The notes below the pieces were generated by a model, which was not told where the DNA came from, did no database searches, and saw nothing but the letters and a program-made list of their open reading frames with translations. 55,748 nt of DNA from IMG/VR virus record IMGVR_UViG_3300023443_000216, positions 1 through 55,748 of that record. One strand, given 5' to 3'. Source of the DNA: a virus. Taxonomy: Duplodnaviria > Caudoviricetes. The translations under genes and the position numbers were made by a program. Each line of letters opens with the position of its first letter. The stretch's first letter is position 1. Positions 47,756 to 55,748 of the stretch are shown here, one piece after another.

Positions 47756-48194
47756 GCCTATTTTCTCCATTAGACATACGTTTTATAAACTGGCAATTCA
47801 TACACAGAGTTTGAAATCCTGTCGGCCAATCATTTCCTTTAAGCCATGTATACAAGTTATTACCTATACCTGATTCACCCATTCTATGTTGATACCCACC
47901 TCCATTAATATGGTCTATTGATAAGCAATCAATCCTAGACTCAGCACAAACCACACAAGAAGGCATACTCCCACCGAAATAATGACCTAAAGTTTCTTGT
48001 TTTAGATTTATCCGCCTGATTTTTCTCTGTGACTTTAGTTTTTCTGGGTATAGTTTTCGATATTCACGCATATATTCATTGACTTTTTCTCGATTAGCAT
48101 CATGCCATTTTTTGAGTCTCAATCGTTCAGATTTTTGGTGACTCTTAGCCCACTCTCGTCTATATGCTGCCCGTTTTTCTAAATCCAGCGACAT
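47742..48194 (-). CDS. HNH endonuclease
   Basis: Basic helical N-terminus, CVVC, LSIDHINGGG..HR, FQTLCMNC. Confidence 0.85.
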   Translation of the reverse strand: MSLDLEKRAAYRREWAKSHQKSERLRLKKWHDANREKVNEYMREYRKLYPEKLKSQRKIRRINLKQETLGHYFGGSMPSCVVCAESRIDCLSIDHINGGGYQHRMGESGIGNNLYTWLKGNDWPTGFQTLCMNCQFIKRMSNGENRHVVQ

Positions 48195-48243
48195 ATAAAT
48201 TAACCAGCCTCATCATACCTACTTGGTTTAGGTCGAGATGGAC

Positions 48244-48416
48244 CTACCATATTTCCTCTAGTAGTTTCTTATACCTACGATTAATGATCACAGTTTTTAT
48301 TCCTGCACCATCTACTACCATCTTGGTTATGACTTTTTTATCCCTTTTTTTTTCTTTTTCAATGGTCTGTGTTTCGAGTTCTTCATAATAGTCCTCTATG
48401 TCTTCTATACTAACCA
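48244..48416 (-). CDS. Hypothetical protein
   Basis: MVSIEDIEDYYEELE..., starting right after the upstream stop. Confidence 0.4.
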
Positions 48417-48418
48417 TT

Positions 48419-48934
48419 TTATTCTGTAAATGGTCTTGTGCTTGGGAAATTATCAGCATCCCTCTTAAATAATGGGAGTTTCCTGTTCCCATCAGTGTCA
48501 GATTGACTACCAGCCATAATAGCACCAAGTCTACCTCGTGGGGATTTAGATGCACGCACTTTCTTTTCATCTATACGTGTAATAGCTCGATTAAAAAAAG
48601 CTTGATATAACTCCATACGATTAGTACCAACATCTTCTAGACCTGGAGCTATAGCAGTCATTGGTAGCGTACCTAAAACAAGAGCAGCTGCACCAAAATT
48701 ATTAATTGCTTCAAGCCATCTATGTACTTGAGGATCAGAAGAAGTAGATACAGGCACACTATACCCATTAGCAGATAGAGCAACATTTAAATCAGCGCCT
48801 ATATCATCTATAGACAACTCTACTTGTAATAAAGTAGGCACTGTAGTAGTACTAAATGTTCTGCTTACAACAATATCTCCTACAAGACGCTCTACACCAG
48901 TTGTATTCCCATAACTATCAGAACTTGTAGCCAT
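48419..48934 (-). CDS. Head-tail connector/adaptor-like protein
   Basis: SYG...V; TVPTL.QVE..ID....LN..L...GYSVPV...WL..IN..GAAA. Confidence 0.65.
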   Translation of the reverse strand: MATSSDSYGNTTGVERLVGDIVVSRTFSTTTVPTLLQVELSIDDIGADLNVALSANGYSVPVSTSSDPQVHRWLEAINNFGAAALVLGTLPMTAIAPGLEDVGTNRMELYQAFFNRAITRIDEKKVRASKSPRGRLGAIMAGSQSDTDGNRKLPLFKRDADNFPSTRPFTE

Positions 48935-48942
48935 TTCTTCCC

Positions 48943-49197
48943 CTAAATAAAACTATCGCCTGTTGAATCTGATACCCTTGTCCGAGTTTTGTACCTTATA
49001 TCAAATGGCACTGCATCAAAATACACTGTAGACGGAATCTCTACTGGCGGTAAACTAGGTGTTACACCCAGATATCCCCATCCTACTGATTGACGCCAAG
49101 CTACTGGTTTAAGTGTATCAGGTGTAACACCTACAATGGTTATTGCTGTATGTAGTGCACTTATATTTCTCCTTTTTTTTGCTGTATCTATAGCCAT
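48943..49197 (-). CDS. Small virion-associated protein
   Basis: MAIDTAKKRR...WRQSVGWGYLG; directly follows the large repeat protein. Confidence 0.55.
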   Translation of the reverse strand: MAIDTAKKRRNISALHTAITIVGVTPDTLKPVAWRQSVGWGYLGVTPSLPPVEIPSTVYFDAVPFDIRYKTRTRVSDSTGDSFI

Positions 49198-49199
49198 AT

Positions 49200-51776
49200 T
49201 TAAGTTGTCGCAGCAGCCTCAGTATAGAGACCTGTATCTGTAAGCGTCTTTGTAAAGGATACCGCGCCGGCGGCTGTATAAATTGTCTTGGTATTAGTAC
49301 TTACATCCACACGATTGATAAATGCTGCTTGAAGTAATCCTAGTTTCTCCATAAGTGTTGCACTCACACCTGGGAAGGACGTAGACGTTATAGGTTCACC
49401 AAATACATCCACGGATACTACATCTACAACTTCAGCATTAACATCAGCCGCAGACAAATCATTGAGAGCTGTAATCTCTGCACTAAGGGCGTGAGCCTGT
49501 ACTTCATTACCAAACGTACCAGTCGTATTATGATCTCCCTTTACTTCATCCCAAACCGCATCAGCAGTTTTATCAAACACACCTTGATCAATATTTGCAG
49601 TGGAGAAAGCACCAGCACCAAAATCACCAGAAGAAAGAGTAAATCCTAAGGTTGTCAATGAACGTGTAGACTCATCCCATACCTTAGTGAATACACCATC
49701 GGCTATCTCGTCAGTTGTTAGTGCATTAGAAGCTATTTTGGCTGCTGTTATCGCATCGTCAGCAATTGCCGTAGAAGTTAAAACATCTGCCCTCATAGCC
49801 CCTACATCGGCATCCATACGTCCACCTACTAAGGCCGTAGGTACTAATGAAATAATATCACCTGTTCTATTAAGCGTAATAGTAGTAGACCCATTATTGG
49901 TAAAGGTAAAGACACCATTCAGATTAACAGTACCTGATACACAAGAAGTAGATAATGTTAGATTGGCACCCGCTCCATCAAAATGTAAAACATCTGTACC
50001 AGCCACACCTAGATTTTCAATTGTCAATCTACCAGCATAGTCATGCACATGAACTGTTTGATCACCTGCTGATGTACTAAAATCTATAATAGAAGTTGTA
50101 CCACCATGATTACAATGTATAAAGAAATAATCCCCAGAATCAGATAGCGTAATAGTTCCTGCTATATCACATTCATCTACGTGTGCTGTCCCTATGGTGC
50201 ACAAATCCATTTCACAATGATCAAAGTGAATTTCATCCGTTGCAGTGGCAATACCTGTTATATGAGCACCTTGGATGTGAGAACCGCTCAGTATTTGACC
50301 ACCTAATGCTAATTCCCAGTTCTCCCCTACAAATTCTTGATTTACTTGTGACGCTGCGAATGTAATATCTGAACCAGGTGCTATGGCAAATCTACTAAGT
50401 CCAACATTATCAGCAATGGTATTAGCATCAGCAATTGGAGCAACAGGAGCAGTTTCTACACCATCTTCAAAGCTGTCTGTACCAGTAGAACCATTTACAG
50501 TATCTATGAATACAAAACCATTAGAATAATTACCTGCTTCCTGTATCTGTCTAAGACGCCTACCAGCAGAATTAACTATATTATGTAGAGCACCTGATAA
50601 TACTCTATCCCATACAGTAGCAGCAGCCTCTTCCATTTGACCAGTGGATACAACACCAGAAGAAATAGCATTAGCAGCAAATTTAGCAGACGTTATAGCA
50701 GCATCTGCAATAGATGTACTTGTTATAAGGCCAACACCTAGTGTAGTAAGTGACCTAGTTGACTCTGACCAGAATTTAGTAAATACACCATCTGTAATTT
50801 CATCAGTGGTTAGTGCGTTAGAAGCTATAGCTGCTGCATCAATTGCACCTGCGGCAAACTTCTCTGCTAATATAGCTCCTGTATCAATAGCTGTCGAATT
50901 TAGTGCACCTGCTGCAAAAGCAGTAGATGTGATAGATCCAACTAACAAATCAGTAATAGACCTGGTTGACTCAGCCCATACCTTGGTAAACACACCATCT
51001 GTAATTTCATCAGTAGTGAAAGCATCTGTGGCTATCTTAGCGGCTGTTATAGCATCATCTGCTATAGAGGTACTTGTAATAATACCTACCCCGAGTGTAG
51101 TAAGAGAACGTGTAGATTCTGCCCAAACTTTAGTAAATACACCCGCATCTATCTGATCAGTAGTGAAAGCAGAATCAGCAATTTTAGCAGCCGTAATAGC
51201 ATCTGCACCAAGCTTATCAGCAGTAATTGCACTATCTACAATCGAGGTACTTGTAATAACTCCTATAGGTAAGAATGTGATACTACGGGTAGATTCTGCC
51301 CACACTTTTGTAAACACTCCTGCTGCTATCTCATCCGTGGTTAAAGCATTAGAAGCTATGGCAGCCGCATCAATAGCTCCCGAAGCGAATTTCTCGGCAA
51401 TAATCACACCGGTAGCTAGGGCAGTGGAGTTAATAGCACCTGCCCCATAAGAAGTTGAAGTTATACCTCCAACACCTACAGTACCTACTTGAACAACACT
51501 GGTATATAAAACTTGGGCTGCTGGCTTCACACCGGTAGATGTGGTCTCAATCTTGACCATAACTCTATCAGCATCCATTTCTGTAGATGACAGTACGAGA
51601 CTATAAAACCCATCAGTTTCATTAACAACAGAATTGGTACCAGAAGAGAAAGCAGCTTCGTCCTTTGAAAAAACAGAAGTTAAACCAGCAGCAGCAGTGG
51701 ATAGATCACCATCTGCATCACGGAATACAAAGTCCAGGGTGAATGCCCCTGCTTTTATTGGAGGCCAGCCAGCCAT
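49200..51776 (-). CDS. Large repetitive Ser/Thr/Ala-rich virion fibre/spike-like protein
   Basis: Five TTDEIxxGVFTKVWxESTRS units with AITAAKIA decapeptides; central beta-helix-like region. Confidence 0.7.
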   Translation of the reverse strand: MAGWPPIKAGAFTLDFVFRDADGDLSTAAAGLTSVFSKDEAAFSSGTNSVVNETDGFYSLVLSSTEMDADRVMVKIETTSTGVKPAAQVLYTSVVQVGTVGVGGITSTSYGAGAINSTALATGVIIAEKFASGAIDAAAIASNALTTDEIAAGVFTKVWAESTRSITFLPIGVITSTSIVDSAITADKLGADAITAAKIADSAFTTDQIDAGVFTKVWAESTRSLTTLGVGIITSTSIADDAITAAKIATDAFTTDEITDGVFTKVWAESTRSITDLLVGSITSTAFAAGALNSTAIDTGAILAEKFAAGAIDAAAIASNALTTDEITDGVFTKFWSESTRSLTTLGVGLITSTSIADAAITSAKFAANAISSGVVSTGQMEEAAATVWDRVLSGALHNIVNSAGRRLRQIQEAGNYSNGFVFIDTVNGSTGTDSFEDGVETAPVAPIADANTIADNVGLSRFAIAPGSDITFAASQVNQEFVGENWELALGGQILSGSHIQGAHITGIATATDEIHFDHCEMDLCTIGTAHVDECDIAGTITLSDSGDYFFIHCNHGGTTSIIDFSTSAGDQTVHVHDYAGRLTIENLGVAGTDVLHFDGAGANLTLSTSCVSGTVNLNGVFTFTNNGSTTITLNRTGDIISLVPTALVGGRMDADVGAMRADVLTSTAIADDAITAAKIASNALTTDEIADGVFTKVWDESTRSLTTLGFTLSSGDFGAGAFSTANIDQGVFDKTADAVWDEVKGDHNTTGTFGNEVQAHALSAEITALNDLSAADVNAEVVDVVSVDVFGEPITSTSFPGVSATLMEKLGLLQAAFINRVDVSTNTKTIYTAAGAVSFTKTLTDTGLYTEAAATT

Positions 51777-52688
51777 CTAAATTTGCCTTATCGAAATAAA
51801 GTCTGGAAGATATCTGCCATCGAGTATATAAAAAGGTTGACCCACCACAGGTACACTTATAGCATCTTCAATACGAACAATTAATGGCCGCTTCTGCCGG
51901 ACAATACCATAGGGGTCAAAATACTGCTCCAACACCTCTGAGGGAGTTAGAACTCGGTTGTATATGCGAACTGGGCCAATACTCCCATCAAATTCCCCTG
52001 GAAAGGTGTCCAAATCATTCGTGTTACTAATGTAGAAAACATGTCGCGCAGTGTTAATGGAAGTAGTAGTACTATCTTCTACCGAAATTATCTCGGCATT
52101 TCCATCCATATAAAGAATAAGGACATCAGCCTCAACATCTCTAACTCCCACAATATGGTGCCAATTTCCATCATCATAGTTGAGAGTTGCAGTTGCTCTG
52201 GGTATATTTGTACCATCGAATATAACAAATTCTGGTGTGCGACTGCTAGCATCAGTTGCTGATATGGCGAGTAGCCGTCTGCCTTCTGCTCCTTGATCCG
52301 TGTTGTTATCTCGCGTAACAATCTGCATAAAAGCTTTGCTTGTGTTAGAAGTTTTGAACCACGCGCTGAGGGTAAAGCTACCATCTCCCAAGCCAGGAAG
52401 CGGCCCGTTGTCTCCCATTTTTACATTATTATCGGTGGCATCATAGTTCAACACATACCCGAGTTCTCCATCAAGAACCCAGTCAGTGGCTTCAACCATG
52501 CTTACCAAACTCCCATGGTTTCCATATCCAGACCAATCTCTAAGCGTTAACCCACTGGGACCAAGCGTTGGCAACCACAGTCCAACCAATCCATCCCAAT
52601 CCAGAGACCTTGCCGATTCAGCAGCACTATGAGCAAACCCAATATTGTGGTAGGAAGGCTGTATAAAATGTTTAGATAGTACAGGCAT
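51777..52688 (-). CDS. LamG/concanavalin-like jelly-roll protein
   Basis: GLVGLW...DWSGYGNHG, FTLSAWFK, DGNWHHIVGV, LYMDG, FDGSIG.VRIYNRVLT. Confidence 0.88.
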   Translation of the reverse strand: MPVLSKHFIQPSYHNIGFAHSAAESARSLDWDGLVGLWLPTLGPSGLTLRDWSGYGNHGSLVSMVEATDWVLDGELGYVLNYDATDNNVKMGDNGPLPGLGDGSFTLSAWFKTSNTSKAFMQIVTRDNNTDQGAEGRRLLAISATDASSRTPEFVIFDGTNIPRATATLNYDDGNWHHIVGVRDVEADVLILYMDGNAEIISVEDSTTTSINTARHVFYISNTNDLDTFPGEFDGSIGPVRIYNRVLTPSEVLEQYFDPYGIVRQKRPLIVRIEDAISVPVVGQPFYILDGRYLPDFISIRQI

Positions 52689-52690
52689 AT

Positions 52691-53248
52691 TTAAGTTTGA
52701 ACTTCGGTAATAATTGGGTTAATACGCACATATAGATTAGCACCATTATCGGCAAAAGAAACAGTTGTATTATTGTCTACTACTATAACTCCAAATTGTT
52801 CACTAGCATTGAAAAATCCTATTCTCTGATTCTGCTGTGTACCTGTAGTGTCTGATGTAGCTATTAGTGAACCTATATAATTCAATTGTCTGAGAGAGTC
52901 GTCTAAAGAATCACCAGCAGTACCTGCATAAGAAGAGTCAGAACCTGTTAATCCAGCCGGACGCACACTTGTAGTTGGACTTAAACCTATATAGTAATCA
53001 ATCACAGTGCCACTTACAGCAGCTACCAGTTCAACACCAGCATATACCGAATGTAAATCTGCTCTACGTGTACCAAAATCTACACCATCACTCTGACGTG
53101 CTGTTCCTGCACCAAGAGCAGCTAAATCTATTTGGTCTGTTCTAGTACCTGCTGCTGTACTAGTATATGTGTCATCAGCAATAACAACTAACTGATTACC
53201 TGCTGTAGAATCTTTGATAAGGATTTCGGCTGGTGATGTACTTGCCAT
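52691..53248 (-). CDS. Ser/Thr-rich putative virion protein
   Basis: Beta-rich; located in the structural module. Confidence 0.55.
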   Translation of the reverse strand: MASTSPAEILIKDSTAGNQLVVIADDTYTSTAAGTRTDQIDLAALGAGTARQSDGVDFGTRRADLHSVYAGVELVAAVSGTVIDYYIGLSPTTSVRPAGLTGSDSSYAGTAGDSLDDSLRQLNYIGSLIATSDTTGTQQNQRIGFFNASEQFGVIVVDNNTTVSFADNGANLYVRINPIITEVQT

Positions 53249-53670
53249 TAGAGCAGCAAAGCCTCCTCAACTAGATGATCTGATATAGTAGTACCTTCAC
53301 CAAATAAAACTTCAGCACGACTACCGATCCGTGTTTGCAATGTGGCTAAATTGGATCTAGTTGCAGTACCAGCACCCCATATAGCTAGTATTTGATTTCG
53401 TAATGCTGTATTACTTACATCTATACCGTGTGAAGCAGCAACTATAAGAATAGCGTTCCAACCCATACGAGCTACATCAGTCAAAGTGGTATATTCAGCT
53501 ATAATAATTGATATTTGCAACTCTTCAGCACTAATAGTTTTCCTAGTCACTACTTCAGTTACACGTATAAGATTTAAAGCATTTGATATCTGTAAGTTAC
53601 TACCCGTGTAACCATAACCCTGTGGGTCTGTTTGAATTTCTGTTTTCAAGGATGCTAGATCTATGGCCAA
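53248..53670 (-). CDS. Putative virion protein
   Basis: LKTEIQTDP.GYGY...SRAEVLFG. Confidence 0.55.
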   Translation of the reverse strand: MAIDLASLKTEIQTDPQGYGYTGSNLQISNALNLIRVTEVVTRKTISAEELQISIIIAEYTTLTDVARMGWNAILIVAASHGIDVSNTALRNQILAIWGAGTATRSNLATLQTRIGSRAEVLFGEGTTISDHLVEEALLL

Positions 53671-53780
53671 CTTTTTCTATCTCCTACGAAAAAGATATTT
53701 GGGCTATCTACACCGTCCGCATCAGTTTTTTTAATGACCTGAATATTCACATCGCTATAAGTTAGGATAAATCCAGCCAT

Positions 53781-54074
53781 CTACCCACCCATTTTGTGCT
53801 TATAAGAATCAACAGCCTGAAGTTTCCACAATTTTGCTAAGTCTTCTAATTCTTTTAATTGATTAACACGCTGTATAGTTCCTGGTTCTGATAATCCTTC
53901 AATGGTTGGGTTTTTACCTTCACCAAATCCTTTTGGACTACCAGCAAGCTTTATAGCCCCCATAGCAATTGATATAGCCTCTTCCGGCATATGTTCCATA
54001 TCTTCTTGGATACGTTGTCTACGTATTTCACTCTCTATACGTTCTTTTTTCCGAAATAAGTCCTTTAACTTCAT
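53781..54074 (-). CDS. Hypothetical protein
   Basis: ORF in series. Confidence 0.5.
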   Translation of the reverse strand: MKLKDLFRKKERIESEIRRQRIQEDMEHMPEEAISIAMGAIKLAGSPKGFGEGKNPTIEGLSEPGTIQRVNQLKELEDLAKLWKLQAVDSYKHKMGG

Positions 54075-54082
54075 AATAATTT

Positions 54083-54592
54083 TTATGGCTCTGACGTAAA
54101 TTCAATATAGCCATTCAGTGTATTAGCACCCGTAGAAGTAATAGCAAATCCAAAGGATTCAGCACTGCTCTCTAGTACGAATAATCCAATACCACGATCA
54201 TCACCGTAATGTTCATTCATAATATCTGTAGTATCTAAGTCTATTTCTTGCAATTGATCATCAAGTGTACCTGTAGAGGCATCTGGACTAGATTGGTACA
54301 AGCGAACAATTCCGCCATACGTAGAATCTGTACCACGTGCTCTAACGGGGGATACAATGGTTTGTCCAGTACTGCCAGTTGAACCAATGGTGTATTTATT
54401 AAGCTGAAATGGCGTTATAGCAATACTGGGTTTAGACATCTGCAAATGTACAAGTTTGACTTCCTTGTTTGCTATACCAAAAAGTTCAAAGGCTATCTTT
54501 GCACCAGCACCAGTATCTGTAGCCAAGTCTGACAATGCAACACGATATTTTGGTATTTGTGTTCTAAGGTAATGATCAAGTCTAGCTGACAT
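54083..54592 (-). CDS. Ser/Thr-rich putative virion protein
   Basis: Beta-rich; five ST dipeptides; structural context. Confidence 0.55.
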   Translation of the reverse strand: MSARLDHYLRTQIPKYRVALSDLATDTGAGAKIAFELFGIANKEVKLVHLQMSKPSIAITPFQLNKYTIGSTGSTGQTIVSPVRARGTDSTYGGIVRLYQSSPDASTGTLDDQLQEIDLDTTDIMNEHYGDDRGIGLFVLESSAESFGFAITSTGANTLNGYIEFTSEP

Positions 54593-54608
54593 TCTCTATC
54601 CCCTTTTT

Positions 54609-55559
54609 TTAATTGGCTAACCTAGCAGCCTCTGGTTCTTCATCTTCTGTTTGTGGTGCATTCAGTGCAACAATCCAATGCTGTGTTTCTCGCATCTGAC
54701 CTAGGGCACAATTTAATTCAGCACTCAAGTGTGTTTGCATTTGTATAGATTCTTTTTTTCTATCAGTAACCATCTTTTGAAACTTATCAGGATCAAATAT
54801 CTTTACTTCAGTACCATCATCACTAGTCTGTGATCCTACACATTGATTGAAAAGTTTACTAACAGTTGTGTTTTCGTCCAATGCACCAGATACAGCATTT
54901 AAATTAGCATTCAACTGTGACTGTTTCTTCTTATGTTCTTGTAACCTTTCCTTAGCTTGTGCCCACAACAAACGCTCATCATGTACACCGTAGTCTGGTC
55001 CTTTTAATAAAGGCGATGCAGTGGGTATAACTACTTTTATACCAAGACCTTCAACAACACCAAGCCAGTAATTAACACACGGTAGTTGTTCACTATATTC
55101 ACTATAAGCACTCATATCTACGCCACAGATATGCAACTCCGTGATTGTTTTACCCTCTATTTTGTGTTCATAACAAGCATGCGCCAGCATGTGTGCTATT
55201 GATGTTCTGTAATAGTGTCTAAATCCTACTTTATCAAACACTCCTAGATCAAATTTAATTGCAGTTGGTACATCGGGATGTGGATGTTGCATGTATACAG
55301 GTTTATCAGTTTTCCTAAGCATATCTAGATATCCGTCTTCCCTTAATCCTGTTTTCCCTGTATACAAATCTTCCTCATGAACTTCATACCACCTATCCCA
55401 ATTCTTAAGGAATACATAACAACGATTCAGTGACCAGATTTCAAAACTAGTATCTAGATGATTAGCATAGTCTCTTGATGTTTCTGCAAAACCTGCTATA
55501 CATACATAACGTCCAGGCTGTTCTTCTGCTGTTTGGTTAGCTTTTTTCTCGGCTGGCAC
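54609..55559 (-). CDS. Putative nonulosonate/sialyl-transferase (CstII/GT42- or Maf-like fold) with C-terminal coiled coil
   Basis: VCIAGFAETS, FEIWSLNRCY, TSIAHMLAHA...ELHICGVDM mirror the CstII/Maf motif order (VIIAGNGPS, VFRCNQFY, TSGVYM..A...EIYLSGIDF). Confidence 0.6.
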   Translation of the reverse strand: MPAEKKANQTAEEQPGRYVCIAGFAETSRDYANHLDTSFEIWSLNRCYVFLKNWDRWYEVHEEDLYTGKTGLREDGYLDMLRKTDKPVYMQHPHPDVPTAIKFDLGVFDKVGFRHYYRTSIAHMLAHACYEHKIEGKTITELHICGVDMSAYSEYSEQLPCVNYWLGVVEGLGIKVVIPTASPLLKGPDYGVHDERLLWAQAKERLQEHKKKQSQLNANLNAVSGALDENTTVSKLFNQCVGSQTSDDGTEVKIFDPDKFQKMVTDRKKESIQMQTHLSAELNCALGQMRETQHWIVALNAPQTEDEEPEAARLAN

Positions 55560-55637
55560 AATACAATCACACTCCCCACAGTTTTTAATAAAGCCTTCCA
55601 GCGTAACATACTAGCAACCTGGACGCAACAGATTTGA

Positions 55638-55748
55638 TTAAGTAAAGATAAGCGTAGATCCAGTAACAAGAGACCCATTCATTAAGGTTAGGAAAAGCCG
55701 AGCAGTGGACGTACCAGTACTTGTTATAACCATTTCCCTACTCCTAGT
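55638..55748 (-). CDS. 3' end of a truncated virion (decoration-like) gene
   Basis: Open frame from the window edge: ...MVITSTGTSTARLFLTLMNGSLVTGSTLIFT*. Confidence 0.5.
   Translation of the reverse strand, partial: TRSREMVITSTGTSTARLFLTLMNGSLVTGSTLIFT

Noticed and set aside
47742-48194. A second case of HNH capturing a host gene start (ATG TCG shared with the tail terminator gene)
   Set aside because: Only two codons match, which is compatible with chance.
49600-51400. CRISPR array or DGR-type repeats
   Set aside because: The repeats are in-frame protein repeats with codon-level variation; there are no spacers, cas genes or reverse transcriptase.
1-55748. Stop-codon reassignment as the cause of the split terL and many small ORFs
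   Set aside because: Conserved enzymes are full length in the standard code, all three stops end genes, and read-through cannot bridge 1.67 kb.

Overview
The window looks like most of a tailed dsDNA phage genome (siphovirus-like, nearly all genes on the minus strand). It is apparently opened inside the head module: no major capsid protein or prohead protease is visible, and gene order suggests they lie beyond the ends. It carries virion genes (41.3-55.7 kb) with an unusually short tape-measure-like gene. The replication block has SSB, primase-polymerase/helicase, RuvC, a D12-class adenine methylase, a PD-(D/E)XK nuclease and PolA with an HNH-containing intein. There is a terminase large subunit split into two genes about 1.7 kb apart, a portal fused to a MuF-like domain, and five HNH domains. 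The standout is a large glycan-building toolkit: a nonulosonic (sialic-acid-type) pathway (NeuC, NeuB, NeuA plus oxidoreductase and epimerase), a CstII/Maf-like transferase candidate and an NDP-sugar dehydrogenase embedded among virion genes, and an ~11 kb heptose/higher-carbon sugar operon with a glycosyltransferase and methyltransferases directly behind the portal. The structural proteins are conspicuously rich in Ser-Thr dipeptides. Best hypothesis (inference): a phage-encoded virion glycosylation (glycan coat) system. All product calls come from motif recognition by eye; no database searches were run.
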